64,000 nt of DNA from Paraspadella gotoi (Eukaryota > Animalia > Chaetognatha): positions 5,957,525 through 6,021,524 of the forward strand of contig CM119268.1 of assembly GCA_051294375.1 (NCBI GenBank). The letters run 5' to 3'. Positions 11,673 through 23,372 of this stretch are shown here, piece by piece (the first letter of the stretch is position 1; each line of letters starts with the position of its first letter). Under the pieces are notes generated by a model. That model did no database searches. It was given only the letters and a program-made list of their open reading frames with translations, and was not told the DNA's origin. The translations under genes and the position numbers were made by a program.

Positions 11673-14587
11673 AAACGGCGCAATTTGCTACAAAACATTA
11701 ACGCATCCTCTTGTTGCTCTCATATTGCTTTTTATACGGCGCAAATCCCAAAGGCTTTTTGCCAAATTCTACCTTTCTATTGCTTCAAAATTGTTCGTTT
11801 TGTTTTCAAATTTAGATATTGCTAAAGTTCTAAGCGTCTTTTATTATCAAGCTGCCCACCTTGGTTTTATATGTAATATACTTTTTATTCAAAAAGAAAA
11901 TATTTTAGTTCTGATTATAATTAATTTATGCTAATAAGCCTTGTTGTACATCAAGCATTACTTTTTGATATCTTTTTCTTTTATAATACATTCATTCTCA
12001 TCTCAATTTAATCTCCTTTTCTTATCTTTAAACTTACAAGGCATTTGGGGGAGGAAGAATCAATTAAATAGTTACATTCTTATTCCTCCATGAATACTTT
12101 AATTATCAATCTTATTCTAACTACTCTATTGCAATCTCTATTTATTTATTAACTTTATCGTCATCTTATTATTTTCAACATAATTCTTTTATCTGCGTCA
12201 TTTTTTTTAATACTTTGCACCTTTTTTGATCCTTGCATTTTATTATTTTAAACTGGGATCTTTATTTTTTTCAACTAGGCATCCGATTTTTTTAACATGC
12301 AATTTATTTTTTTATTTAATAGTTATTTTTACAATGTGAATGCTCACTTATTTTTTTAATTTGCATATTTTTTTAACCTATTTATCATTTTTTATGAATT
12401 GCATTAATTTTTTTTACTTTGAATATGATTTCATCTTTGATAATCATTTTTCTTACACTTGTATCCATTTTTTAAAACTAGCTTCATTTTAAATCTTGCC
12501 ATATTTTTTTAAATTTGTATTGTTTCTTTAAAAACCTTGCCAATCAGTTCTCTTTAAATTTTATTTCATTTTTAACTCGCAAGTTATTTTACTTTAATTG
12601 TACTTAGTTTTGAAACTTGCATTATCTTTTATTTTTCAACTTCCGCATCATTTTTCTTATCAATTTGTAATATAAAATCTTTTTGATTTGTCATCTAATT
12701 TTTAACTTTGCATGACTTTTTTAAATTGTCATCAATTTTGTTTTAACTTGCCTCATGTTTTATACACTTGTACTTATTTTGTTAACTTGGTAATTATTTT
12801 TTATTTTTTGGTAATTTTTTTAATTTATATTTACCTTTTAACTTATACAGTTTACATTTTATATTAAAATTTATATATCAATTTATTTATAAACAATTTA
12901 TAAAATTGGTAACACAAACAATATAACAATATCCATTCATTTAATAACATAAGTTATTCTTGCTCCGGACTTTGAATTTTAAATTTAAAAACATAGTATA
13001 TATATTAAAATTATAATATTATTTTATATTTTTTATTTGTATTTTTACTATCAAAATATCTTTAAAACAACTTAAAAAAATTTCTGAAAAAACAATTTTC
13101 TTTAAAAAATTTAATGTTAATTAATTAAGCTAGTTATTAGTGATGATAAAACATCAATTGAGAAAGAGGGATAGAAGCATATAGCAGTGTGGAATTAGAG
13201 GAGCGCGCAAATAGTAGAGTGCAAAGAGAGAGTACAGACAGAGAGAGAAAGATAGCCAGAGAGAGAGACCAAGAGAGAGAGAAATGCCAAAGAAGAGAGA
13301 CCAAGAGATTAGAGGAGAGCTAGAGAGAGAAATGAGTAAGAGAGATAGAGAGAGACAGAGAGAAAAAAATATAAAGAGAGAATAGAGAAAAAAAAAGAAA
13401 AGAGAATTTAAATCGGTATGCGCTAAAAAAGGCAGAAAAAAAAGGAAAGAGAAAAAAAAGAAGGAGACAGGAGAAGACGTATTTATTTATAGAAAAATAC
13501 ATTAAATTAATATGAAAAGATAAAGGCTAATATAGCTTGTCAAGCTGTTTTTTTAGTATAAATTTTTAAGTATGGTATTTTTAGCATTTGTAGTAGTTAC
13601 TGCATATTTGGCAATCTAAGTGCATTGGCCTGAAAACAAAAATGACATTATGTTAAATTTAGGGAAGGTAGGGCACAGGAAGTAAGGAACAAAAGAAGGT
13701 AAAGGGAAAAAAATAAAGATAGACAGACCGACCAAATAGAGAGACTGAACCTTACCAAAGAAATCTAATAAATTAAACGATTAATAGTTTTAATAATAAT
13801 TAATCCAGCCAGTGGCAAACCAAAATCATTCTATGATATGAATTTTTTAAATCTTTTTTTTCTTTATTTTTTGTCTGTTTTATTTTATTTTATTTATTTT
13901 TCTTTGCGTTTTAAGAAGAGTTTTTTACATGATCTGCTTCTAAGCAATCTTTTGGCTTTATATGTCAGCTTTTTTGGTCCATCTATCCCACCTAAAAATC
14001 TAAAAAATTATAACAACTTTTAAAAATTCAATTAAAAAAACAATTTTGCATTGAATAACATTTTTTGAACTTCAACTGTACAGGTGTAGTAAAGTAATTT
14101 TTTCATGTGTTTCAAAAATGGGATATTTTCTTATTTTCTTTTATGGGTTTATCTTGGGTACCGTATTAGAAGGTCAGACATATTTTTGCCCCCTCATTCT
14201 ACAATTTATGTCTTAGTGAAGTATTATTCATAAATATTGCTTACTACAAAAAATTTATAATACAACTTATTTTTATATAATAAATATCATAGTACGATGT
14301 GTTTATCTTTACCTTTTTACAGAGATTTTTATTAAAGTTAAATTTAAAATTTTTACTAATTCTTTTTTAAAGGACAAAAGAGATAGAGTGATATAAAAAG
14401 AAATGAAAGAAAGTCAATCATAAAGAATATCTTGTCCTTATTCCCTCAGCTGTCGCTTATTCTCAATAATATTCTTTTCCTAAGTCATTTTTTTGAAGCT
14501 TTATTCTTTCTCTCTCCTCCGATTTCTTATTTTTTCTTTCATATAAAAATTGTTTAACCATAAATAATATTTTTTGTTAAAGAATAT

Positions 14588-14762
14588 TAGAAGACCACAC
14601 AAAGTATTTACTTAGTTTCAACGAAATTTGTTTTTTTATTTGGAAAACAGACATGTTTCGGCTTGGTTTTTTCAAGCCTTCTCATGCAAAACAAAGCCGA
14701 AACCATGTCTGTTTCCAAATAAAACAATTCGTTGAAACTAATAAAACTTTGTTTTTCTTCTA
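14588..14762. mobile_element. Inverted-repeat remnant of a Penelope-like element end with a degenerate hammerhead
   Basis: The ~75-bp arms are reverse complements (tttcaacgaa...tttggaaaacagacatgtttcggctt / aagccgaaaccatgtctgtttccaaat...ttcgttgaaa). The minus strand reads catgagaaggcttg-aaaaaac-caagccgaaacatgtc, homologous to the motif at 56677-56710. Confidence 0.6.
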
Positions 14763-16324
14763 AAATCATTTACAACGAAAAGAAAGGATTATCAATATAA
14801 TGTTAAAAATATTTAAAAAAAGTTAAAACATTTTACATTTAAAAATAAAAAAAACTTATTTATTTATTCATCAATTTTAAACATAACAAATTCGAAAAGT
14901 TTTTTCATGATCCATTGATCTGAATTAAAAAAAAAATAATAATCAATTCAAACTATATAATAAATTTTATAACAAAAGCCCGGAGGCGTTTAAAGAGGCG
15001 AACGCGGAGGCGATTCCGGGCTAAACAAACTGAGCAGGCGAACGCAAGATTAACCGGAGGCAGGACGGGGTCTCCGGAAGGCGAGGGCAGTGGCAGGCGG
15101 CGCGGAAATTTATTAAGCGCCTCAAGCATCCCCTCCCTTGTGTGAGGGTACCTCATATTTGTATATAATAATATGAGGCGTATTGCAAAAATCATGAAAA
15201 ATAAAAAATTTAATTTTTTATATTGAAATGTTCACACTTTTGCTGTTTGTGATCTACTATTTTTCAAATTGTGATTCTATGTATTTTATAATATTTTCTA
15301 CGCTTTAGAACTAGATCAGTCTTATTATGACAAATCCTTCTCCTAGGCTCAGATTTGGCCATGGAGGAAAGTGCTTTTTGCCAAATTCGATTCGCGATTC
15401 AATTACACCACGTTTCCAGAACTTTGGATCTTTCCTGAACAATTTTATTGATCTGCCACTAATTATAGTTAAATCCGATGCTCCCTCCTCCACTTTTTTA
15501 TGGGAATAAGCAGGCCAGTCCAGTCAATCTAATACACTAAGTCTCATTTGGACCTGCTAATTCTTGGCTCCACATCGGCGTTCAAAACTATCACGATTCT
15601 TAATAAATAGTAGAGTGATATAAAATCACCATACCGCCAACAAAACCTTGAAGATTCTCTAAATTCTTGACAACAAAATAAGAAAAATCAAGTAAAAAAT
15701 GGCAAATCAAACTAGAATCGTTAATAAGGTAGATGATTTCAATATGCTAAGAAGTAGTTTTTGTGGAATACCAAGACAAATCTCCCACTCCTATAAGTTA
15801 TCTATAGTTTATGATGGAGAATCTCTGTAAAACAGATTTACACTCCGCTGCTTTTTTCATTAACAAAGGTTCGGAATGCCACTTAGCGAGCACTTAACCG
15901 GATCAAGAAATGAACCAAGAACGCCCTCCATCTGCACACTGCCAAAGAATTAATTGTAATCTCATTTAGATCCATTTCAGGACCATCTTTCTCTAATGGT
16001 TAATAAGCCAATAACAACAACAATAGCTATTGACACTGGTTATTCATAGAACAAAATATTAAGGACCATGACTGCAACATACAGTAATTGAAATGTTTGG
16101 AAAAGGGCGTAATAACTAATTTAAAACGCCCCTTTACCCGATTCTTCTTTCAATCTCACCAATTTTGCCTGAATTTTCGTAGGAGACTAGTCCTTGTTTC
16201 TCTATTCGTCTCTCTCTTGTTATAACTGAAGAGACAGTAATTATTATTATGTGTTAGTGACAGACACCCCTTCAATTTATATTAGCAGTTCCCTGAGACT
16301 TCCGGATCAGGCTGTAAACACCTT

Positions 16325-16440
16325 GCTAGGCGACCACCGGGGTAGGACCCCAGACCTTTTGAGTTGGGAGGCGAAAGACTTGCCTCACGGCACCAATGGT
16401 CGCTAATGATGAATGGTTGCGTGGATTTTAGTCCAACATA
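16325..16440 (-). mobile_element. tRNA(Gly)-like SINE, family A copy
   Basis: The reverse complement aligns by eye with 40900-41012 and 57237-57347 and carries A-box-like and B-box-like motifs. Confidence 0.7.
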
Positions 16441-16699
16441 TAACCAACCACCATGTATAGCATTTGAATCAAATTATAAAGGTATCGCTTAATGGTATCT
16501 CTGACTATTCAGACCATGCTATTACTTTTTTAGGTCTTGCAATAACATCCGAGGGTAAATCAGATCTAATGTGATACATTCATTAGTCCTTCCTTCAGAG
16601 CAATCAAATTTGGCAGTCCCTCAATTATTATTTTGTGCCGCTTTGTAGTCGGCATTGCCTAGGTTCACACCAGCCTATAAGCATAGCAGACCTTCAGTC

Positions 16700-16860
16700 G
16701 CTGACCCGGTTGTGCTCACTTGAGTAATGCCATCAGCTCATGACCAACATACCCGAGCGTACCGGCGGTTCAATCCTGACCGGTAACTACCCTGCGGAGC
16801 CGAGGAGCAATGCGTGACTGGCGACGCCGTAAGCTGCTTTGGCGGCATGCAACACTCAAA
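16700..16860 (+). mobile_element. tRNA-derived SINE-like repeat, family B copy
   Basis: Shares 'gctca..gcca.cagctcatgacca' and 'gccgtaagc.gc.ttt' with 49240-49345, and has a B-box-like ggttcaatcc. Confidence 0.45.
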
Positions 16861-18346
16861 GCCCAGCGGACGCCGGTTGCCATGGCTGCTAAGGTGGTTA
16901 TAGTAGTTACGGACAGTCATCTTCAGGTCCCATGTACAGCGCTATAATCCACAGCTTTACCTCAAAAAAAATTAAAAAATTTTATGATTAAAGCACCATC
17001 TGTCATTTAGTCAAAATTATTCTCATCTTCCTTTTGCTTACTAATTCTGCTTCTTCTTTCTCGTCGTGCGTTCAGCAACGATTGTAGTTGTGGTCCCTCT
17101 TCCTGACTATTCAGGCATGGAAAATTAAATGAGGTATACCTCAAAAGCTAAGCAATGAACATTTTTCGTCATTACGCATGGCAAGAAAAAGGACACAGAA
17201 CACAGATATTCTCACCACTCAGAGATAAAGGATGCTCACTAATTTATTTACATTTGCTTCTGTTTTTGTTATATTGATTGATTCACATTTAATTTTTTTT
17301 TATTTGTCAAAATTATGGATTATATGATATACATAATCTCATTTAGTTATTAAAAAAACAAATTTTTGCGGGAAAAACTTTCAATACAGTATGCAATTGT
17401 TGTAAACAGAGAACCAAAATTTTTATTTTCAAAACTACTTAAAAACACGGTAAAACCCAAGAAGTAAAGGAAACTAAAAATAAAAATCGCGGATCCGAGA
17501 TTTTTTTTCCTAAAATTTCGGTTTGTTCAAATTTATCGTTTTTTTGCACTTTTGTGTTCGATGGGGAGTTTCTAAAAATCGTTCGTGGAAGTGATTCCTT
17601 GTCAAACGAAGCTCATTGCCAAATTTTAAAATATTTAAAAATTTTGCATTCATGAATTAAAAGTCTCTCTGAGCGGTAAGTAAACGACAAACTAGTATTG
17701 CTTATTCAGCCTGTCTAATTATTATACTTAAGCTACATTTGCGAGATATCCATTTTGCATCCCAGTTTATTTGTTGTACATAGGCAAATATAAACCTTAT
17801 ACAAAGATTACGAAGATATTTTTTTTACAATTTTTATTTGATCTTTATTTCACAAATTTGAGATAAAAAAAAAATTGCATACTACACCTTTATTGTAGAT
17901 CATGATTTAAATTATTATAATACTAAAGTCTTACCAAAGGCTATCTTTATTGGTTTGAGAGAATGAGACCTTTTTGAAAATTATTCACCTCTTTTAGAAG
18001 GCTATATCTCAAAAAGAATTGATATCTAGAAAATATTTTGGATTGGTGCATCTTGTACCCCCGGGAAAGAATGGAATCCAATTTGACACAACGGGGACGA
18101 CTTCTTTTTCTTTTTAAATTTTTTTTTTCAGATCCCCATGAACAGACTCCCGATTAAAAAGTACTTTTTAATTTTTTAACGAATACAACAGAGGAAAAAA
18201 GTGGAGAAAAAAGCAAAAGCAAACTTTCTTAAACGCTTCTAAGCTGTCAATTCTAATTATTTTTTATTTAATACGCGTCAAAGCAAATGTGGCGGAAAAA
18301 AACATGAAGACTCGATTAGTTCCTTTGCGGGTGAAAAAGCAAGCCG

Positions 18347-18389
<43 letters not shown>

Positions 18390-18972
18390 CGAGAGACAGA
18401 GAGGAGAGAGCAGGCGTTTTGAGAGGAGAGCGTTTTTCACCACGTTGGTGACAGAACCAATCGCCGCCTTGCATTTCAGATCAGCCTTCGTTTGTCCTGG
18501 CGATCCTTTCCTTCCGGATCTCTGTCTCCATCTCGATCGCAAATTCTCTCCAATCTCTATTCTCTCTCTTCATTACTCTCTCTCTCTCTCTCTCTCTCAC
18601 TCTCTCTCTCCCCTCTCTTGTCTCTTCTCCTCTCTCCTCCCTCGTCCTATTCTGTTTCTTTTCTGACTTTTCCTCCCTAAGACCCATTTATTATCGCAGA
18701 GTCTGGTGCCCCATCCATATATAATACGCACCTCGTTCTCGTTTGCCTCTTAATCGTACAGCCGTCATGGGCTCTCTTCTCATCATCCTCATCTCTCTCT
18801 CCCTCTCCTTTTATCTCCTCTCCCTCTCCTCTCCTCTCTCCCTCTCAATTCCCCTCTCTCTCTTTCCTCTTCNNNNNNNNNNNNNNNNNNNNNNNNNCTC
18901 TCCGTCCCACATTGAGGATGACAAAAGGGCAAAGGAGAACAGAAGGCGATACGAGCTGAGGGGGGAGGACGA

Positions 18973-19019
<47 letters not shown>

Positions 19020-19557
19020 TGGCTCTTGTCGATGTCCTTTCCGCCCTTAATTGCTCTTTTGTCAGGAAGCGATGGCGCGAGAGAATGGGAAGAGAAAAAG
19101 GAAGAAAAAATCAAGATATTTTATTAGTAAGGTTCAAATAAATGTAATAAATGTAATAAACTAAGTAATGAATCGAGATCTGAATGCCGCATTATAAATC
19201 ATAAATTTGCCTAATTTGATAATAAACAGAATTCTTTTTATAAAAAGTCACATTATTCTCTCTCTCTGGCAATGGCCTCGAGTTTTTTTTAGGTTTAGCC
19301 TTCTTAACCTTTTAAAGCAAACGTTGCCCCTTTTCCCCTTTTAGAATTGCGCCATAAAAATAAAACGTGATTTCCGATTTAAATCCACAATTTATTTTCT
19401 CCCATTTTCCCTTTTTTTCGTTTCAGCAATACATCAGGATGTTCATCTGTTTCGTCTTCCGTTTATCTCAAACGTGAAAGCGACTCGCGGCGACATCTGT
19501 CATTCTTCGCTTTAAATTCCGAATCAGATAAAAAAACAAAAGACCATCTCTTTCCCG

Positions 19558-19880
19558 ATGAACAATGAAGAGTCGATCGAGAGCTACAGATTCTTAACGA
19601 TCAGAGAATCCAACGAAACTGATTCGTTGAGTGAGTAATAAAATTAATCAACGTTATTTTTTAAATGATTGAATAATTAAAATTGAATTAATGTAAATAC
19701 TTATTTTCATTATAGAGTATAAGGGCTGTATTTATATTATTTAAGATTGAAGTAATAATGACGGTAACGTAATAACCTGTCAAGAAAACTTATTTATTGA
19801 ATAAATGGATATTGGATAATTATAATATCGGTCAAACTAATTTTATGGATGTCAATATTAATGATAATAATAATGATTCC

Positions 19881-19977
<97 letters not shown>

Positions 19978-21651
19978 TAATTATACAAATAATCACTAAT
20001 CGATAACCATCAACCCCCCAATCCCTCCTCTCCACAGATCATCCTCCACATCTACCTTCCTTTCCCCACACCCACGCCTCCGCCCACAACACCAAATCCC
20101 CCCACAACCGCCCGTCCACAATGTGCGCTTGTCCGAGTCTGAAGAGCAGATGGAAGGACTTCTTGCTCGGCCTCTTCATCTTCATGGCGGTGCTCATCCT
20201 CATCACCTTCGTCGTCATCATAATCGTACCCAAGGTTCGGGGTGGCCTGGGGGGGGTTTCGAGACTCGTGGGTTTAGGGTTCGAGTCCAGAGTGAGTTTG
20301 AAGGGTGATACATAGACGCGAGCTTTTTTGGGTTCCAGTTCAGGGTTTTTTTCCGAGGTTTAAGAGACGTGGGTTCGGGGTTTGAGTCCAGGGATTTAGG
20401 GGTTCGAAACGCGAGGGTTCTGTGCGGGGTTCTACTTCTAGTCCAGAATTTGAGGGGTTCAAGATGAGAGGGTTCAGGCTTCCAGTTTTCATGAGATTAA
20501 ATAAGATCATCTTTCTTTCTCATCTTTTTTTCACCCCATTTCCTCTCTCCTTCTCTTCCTTCTCTTCCTTCTCTTCCTTCTCTTCCTNNNNNNNNNNNNN
20601 NNNNNNNNNNNNAAAAGAGAAAGAAAAGAGCAGGAAAAGGAGGAGGAGAAAGAGAAAGGAGGAAGACAGGAGGAAGAGGAGGAAGAGGAGAAGGAGGAAG
20701 AAGAGAGGAGGAAGAGAAGAGGAAGAGGAGAAGGAAGAGGAAAAGGAAAGGAAGAGAATGAGAGGAAGAGGAGGAGGGAAGGAGAAAGGAGAGAGGAAGC
20801 GGAAGAAGAGAAAGAAGAAAACAGGAAAAGGAGGAGGAGGAAGAGAAGGATGAAGAGGAGGAGGAAGAGGAGCAGGAGGAGGAGGAAGAGGAGAAGGAGA
20901 AGAGGAGAAAGAAAGGGAAAAAGAAAAGAGAAGGAGGAAGAGGAGGAAGAGTTAGAGGAGGTGCAGGAGGAGGAAGAGGAGAATGAAGAGGAAGAGAAGG
21001 AAGAGAAGGAAAGAGAAGGAAGAGAAGGAAGAGAAGGAAGAGAAGGAGAGAGGAAATGGGGTGAAAAAAAAGATGAGAAGAAAGATGATCTTATTTAATC
21101 TCATGAAACTGGAAGCCTGAACCCTCTCATCTCGACCCCTCAATTCTGGACTAGAAGAGAACCCCGCAAGAACCCTGCGTTTCAACCCCTAAATCCCTGG
21201 ACCTCAAACCCCGAACCCCGTCTCTTAAACCTCGGAAAAAAACCTGAACTGGAACCCAAAAAAGCTCGCGTCTATGTATCCCCTTCAAACTCACTCTGGA
21301 CTCGAACCCTAAACCCACGAGTCTCGAAACCCCCCCCCAGGCCACCCCGAACCTTGGGTACGATTATGAATGACGACGAAGGTGATGAGGATGAGCACCG
21401 CCATGAAGATGAAGAGGCGAGCAGAAGTCCTTCCATCTGCCTCTTCAGACTCGGACAAGCGGCACATTGGTGGACGGGCGGTTGTGGGGGATGGTGTTGT
21501 GGGCGGAGGCGTGGGTTGTGGGGAAAAAGGAAGGTAGAGTGTGGAGGATGATCTGTGGAGAGGAGGGATTGGGGGGTTTGATGGTTATCGATTAGTGATT
21601 ATTTGTATAATTATTATTTATTATTATCATTATTATTATTATTATTATATA

Positions 21652-21695
<44 letters not shown>

Positions 21696-21707
21696 TATTA
21701 TTTTATA

Positions 21708-21765
<58 letters not shown>

Positions 21766-22935
21766 GGAATCATTATTATTATCATTAATATTGACATCCA
21801 TAAAATTAGTTTGACCGATATTATAATTATCCCAATATCCATTTATTCAATAAATAAGTTTTCTTGACAGGTTATTACGTTACCGTCATTATTTACTTCA
21901 ATCTTAATTAATATAAATACAGCCCTTATACTCTATAATGAAAATAAGTATTTAGATTAATTCAATTTTATTATTCAATCATTTAAATTTAATGTTGATT
22001 AATTTTTATTACTCCAAACGAATCAGTTTCGTTGGTTCTCTATCGTTAAGAATCTGTAGCTCTTCCTCTTCCTCCTCTTCTTTCTCCTTCTCCTCCTCCT
22101 CTTCCTCCTCTTCCTCCTCCTCTTCTTCCTCCTCATAAAGGCCGTGAGGACCTCACCATTTCAACAGCGACACAAGAATCGCGTCATTGACGACAACGTC
22201 GACGACGACGACGAAAACGACGATTGTATCTTTGGATCAGGAATCAACTGTAAACTTCGTTCGTCGTCGTCGTCGTCGTCCGTCGACGAGGGCTTCTTCA
22301 AAACTGTCTCCGGCCGAAACGGCGCGGGAGCCGCTCGGGGCGTCCGCGGCCCCAAAGGCGACGAGGGTCAACTAGAACTCTACGGCAGCCACGATGGCAC
22401 GGGCGCCGGCCCGTCTCGAAAGGGCGACCGGGGCTATCCCGGCCCCGAAGGCCCTCGCGGCCCGCCCGGCGAACGAGGCCCTCAAGGACTCAGGGGTCAT
22501 CCCGGCCCGCCGGGAGCCTCGGGCGATTCCGGTGCCCGAGCGGCGTGGTCCGTAGCCCTGGAGGGCGGAAATCTCGAGGCCAGAGAAGAAGACGAAACTT
22601 TCGTGGTTTACAACGACGTCGGACTAAATGTAGGTGGCGCTTATGATCCGAGAACGGGCGTCGTTGTTGTCCCGGTAGATGGAGCGTACTACTTACACAT
22701 CAACATCATGTCCCACACGCCGGACATCACGGCGGTCAAACTCTTCGTCAACAAAAGGGCGGAGCTTTCCGTTTGGGTCTGGAGCGGCGTGGCTTACAAC
22801 CGTCACGCGTCCAACGGCGTAATTCTGAGTCTGAGAAAAGGCGATCAGTTGTCCGTTCGGCTGCTGAGGGGAATTCTGTATGGGTACGAGAAATATACGA
22901 GTATGTTGGGATTTTTGTTGTTTAAGGATGGTTGA
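19558..22935 (+). CDS. Type II transmembrane collagen/C1q-domain protein (C1qDC), ~354 aa, 3 exons
   Basis: Exons 19558-19630 (donor gtgagt, phase 1), 20038-20234 (cag acceptor, donor gttcgg, phase 0) and 22141-22935 (aag acceptor) join into one open frame. The product has an N-terminal tail, a TM helix (FLLGLFIFMAVLILITFVVIIIV), 13 consecutive Gly-X-Y triplets and a gC1q domain (NVGGAYDPRTG, PVDGAYY, SNGVILSLRKGDQL, GFLL). The C1q exon is near-certain; the joins are inferred. Confidence 0.85.
20613..22062 (-). repeat. Inverted copy of 19581-20587 plus the adjoining CT-rich intron (probable assembly artefact)
   Basis: About 21000-22062 is the reverse complement of 19581-20587 with extra indels that break the TM exon. 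The block starts directly at an N gap. Confidence 0.85.
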
Positions 22936-23286
22936 GAAAGAGCGAGAGAGAGAGGGAGAGAAAGGAGGGAGGGAAGAAAAAGAGGTAGAGGGAGAGAGAG
23001 GGAGGGAGAGGGAGGGAAGATAAAAATTCAAAGAGAGAGAGAGGGAGGGGAGAGAGAGATGAGAGAGGAGAGAGAGAGGAGAGAGAGAGAGATGAGAGAG
23101 AAGGGAAGAAAGAGAGGCAGGCGGAGAGTGAGGGAGGAGAGAGAGAGAGGGAGGAAAGATTGAACGGTAGAGAGGTAGAGTGGGAGAGAGGGGGAGAGAG
23201 AGAGAGAGATAGGGAGGAATGAAGAGAGGATAAGAGGGCAGAGGGAGAAGTAAGAGAGATAGAGGGATGAAGGGGGAACGTAGAGT

Positions 23287-23372
<86 letters not shown>

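Noticed and set aside
15300-15960. Possible decayed LINE ORF2 3' end
   Set aside because: Only vague compositional hints, with no RT motif I can read; a frameshift-aware search would be needed.
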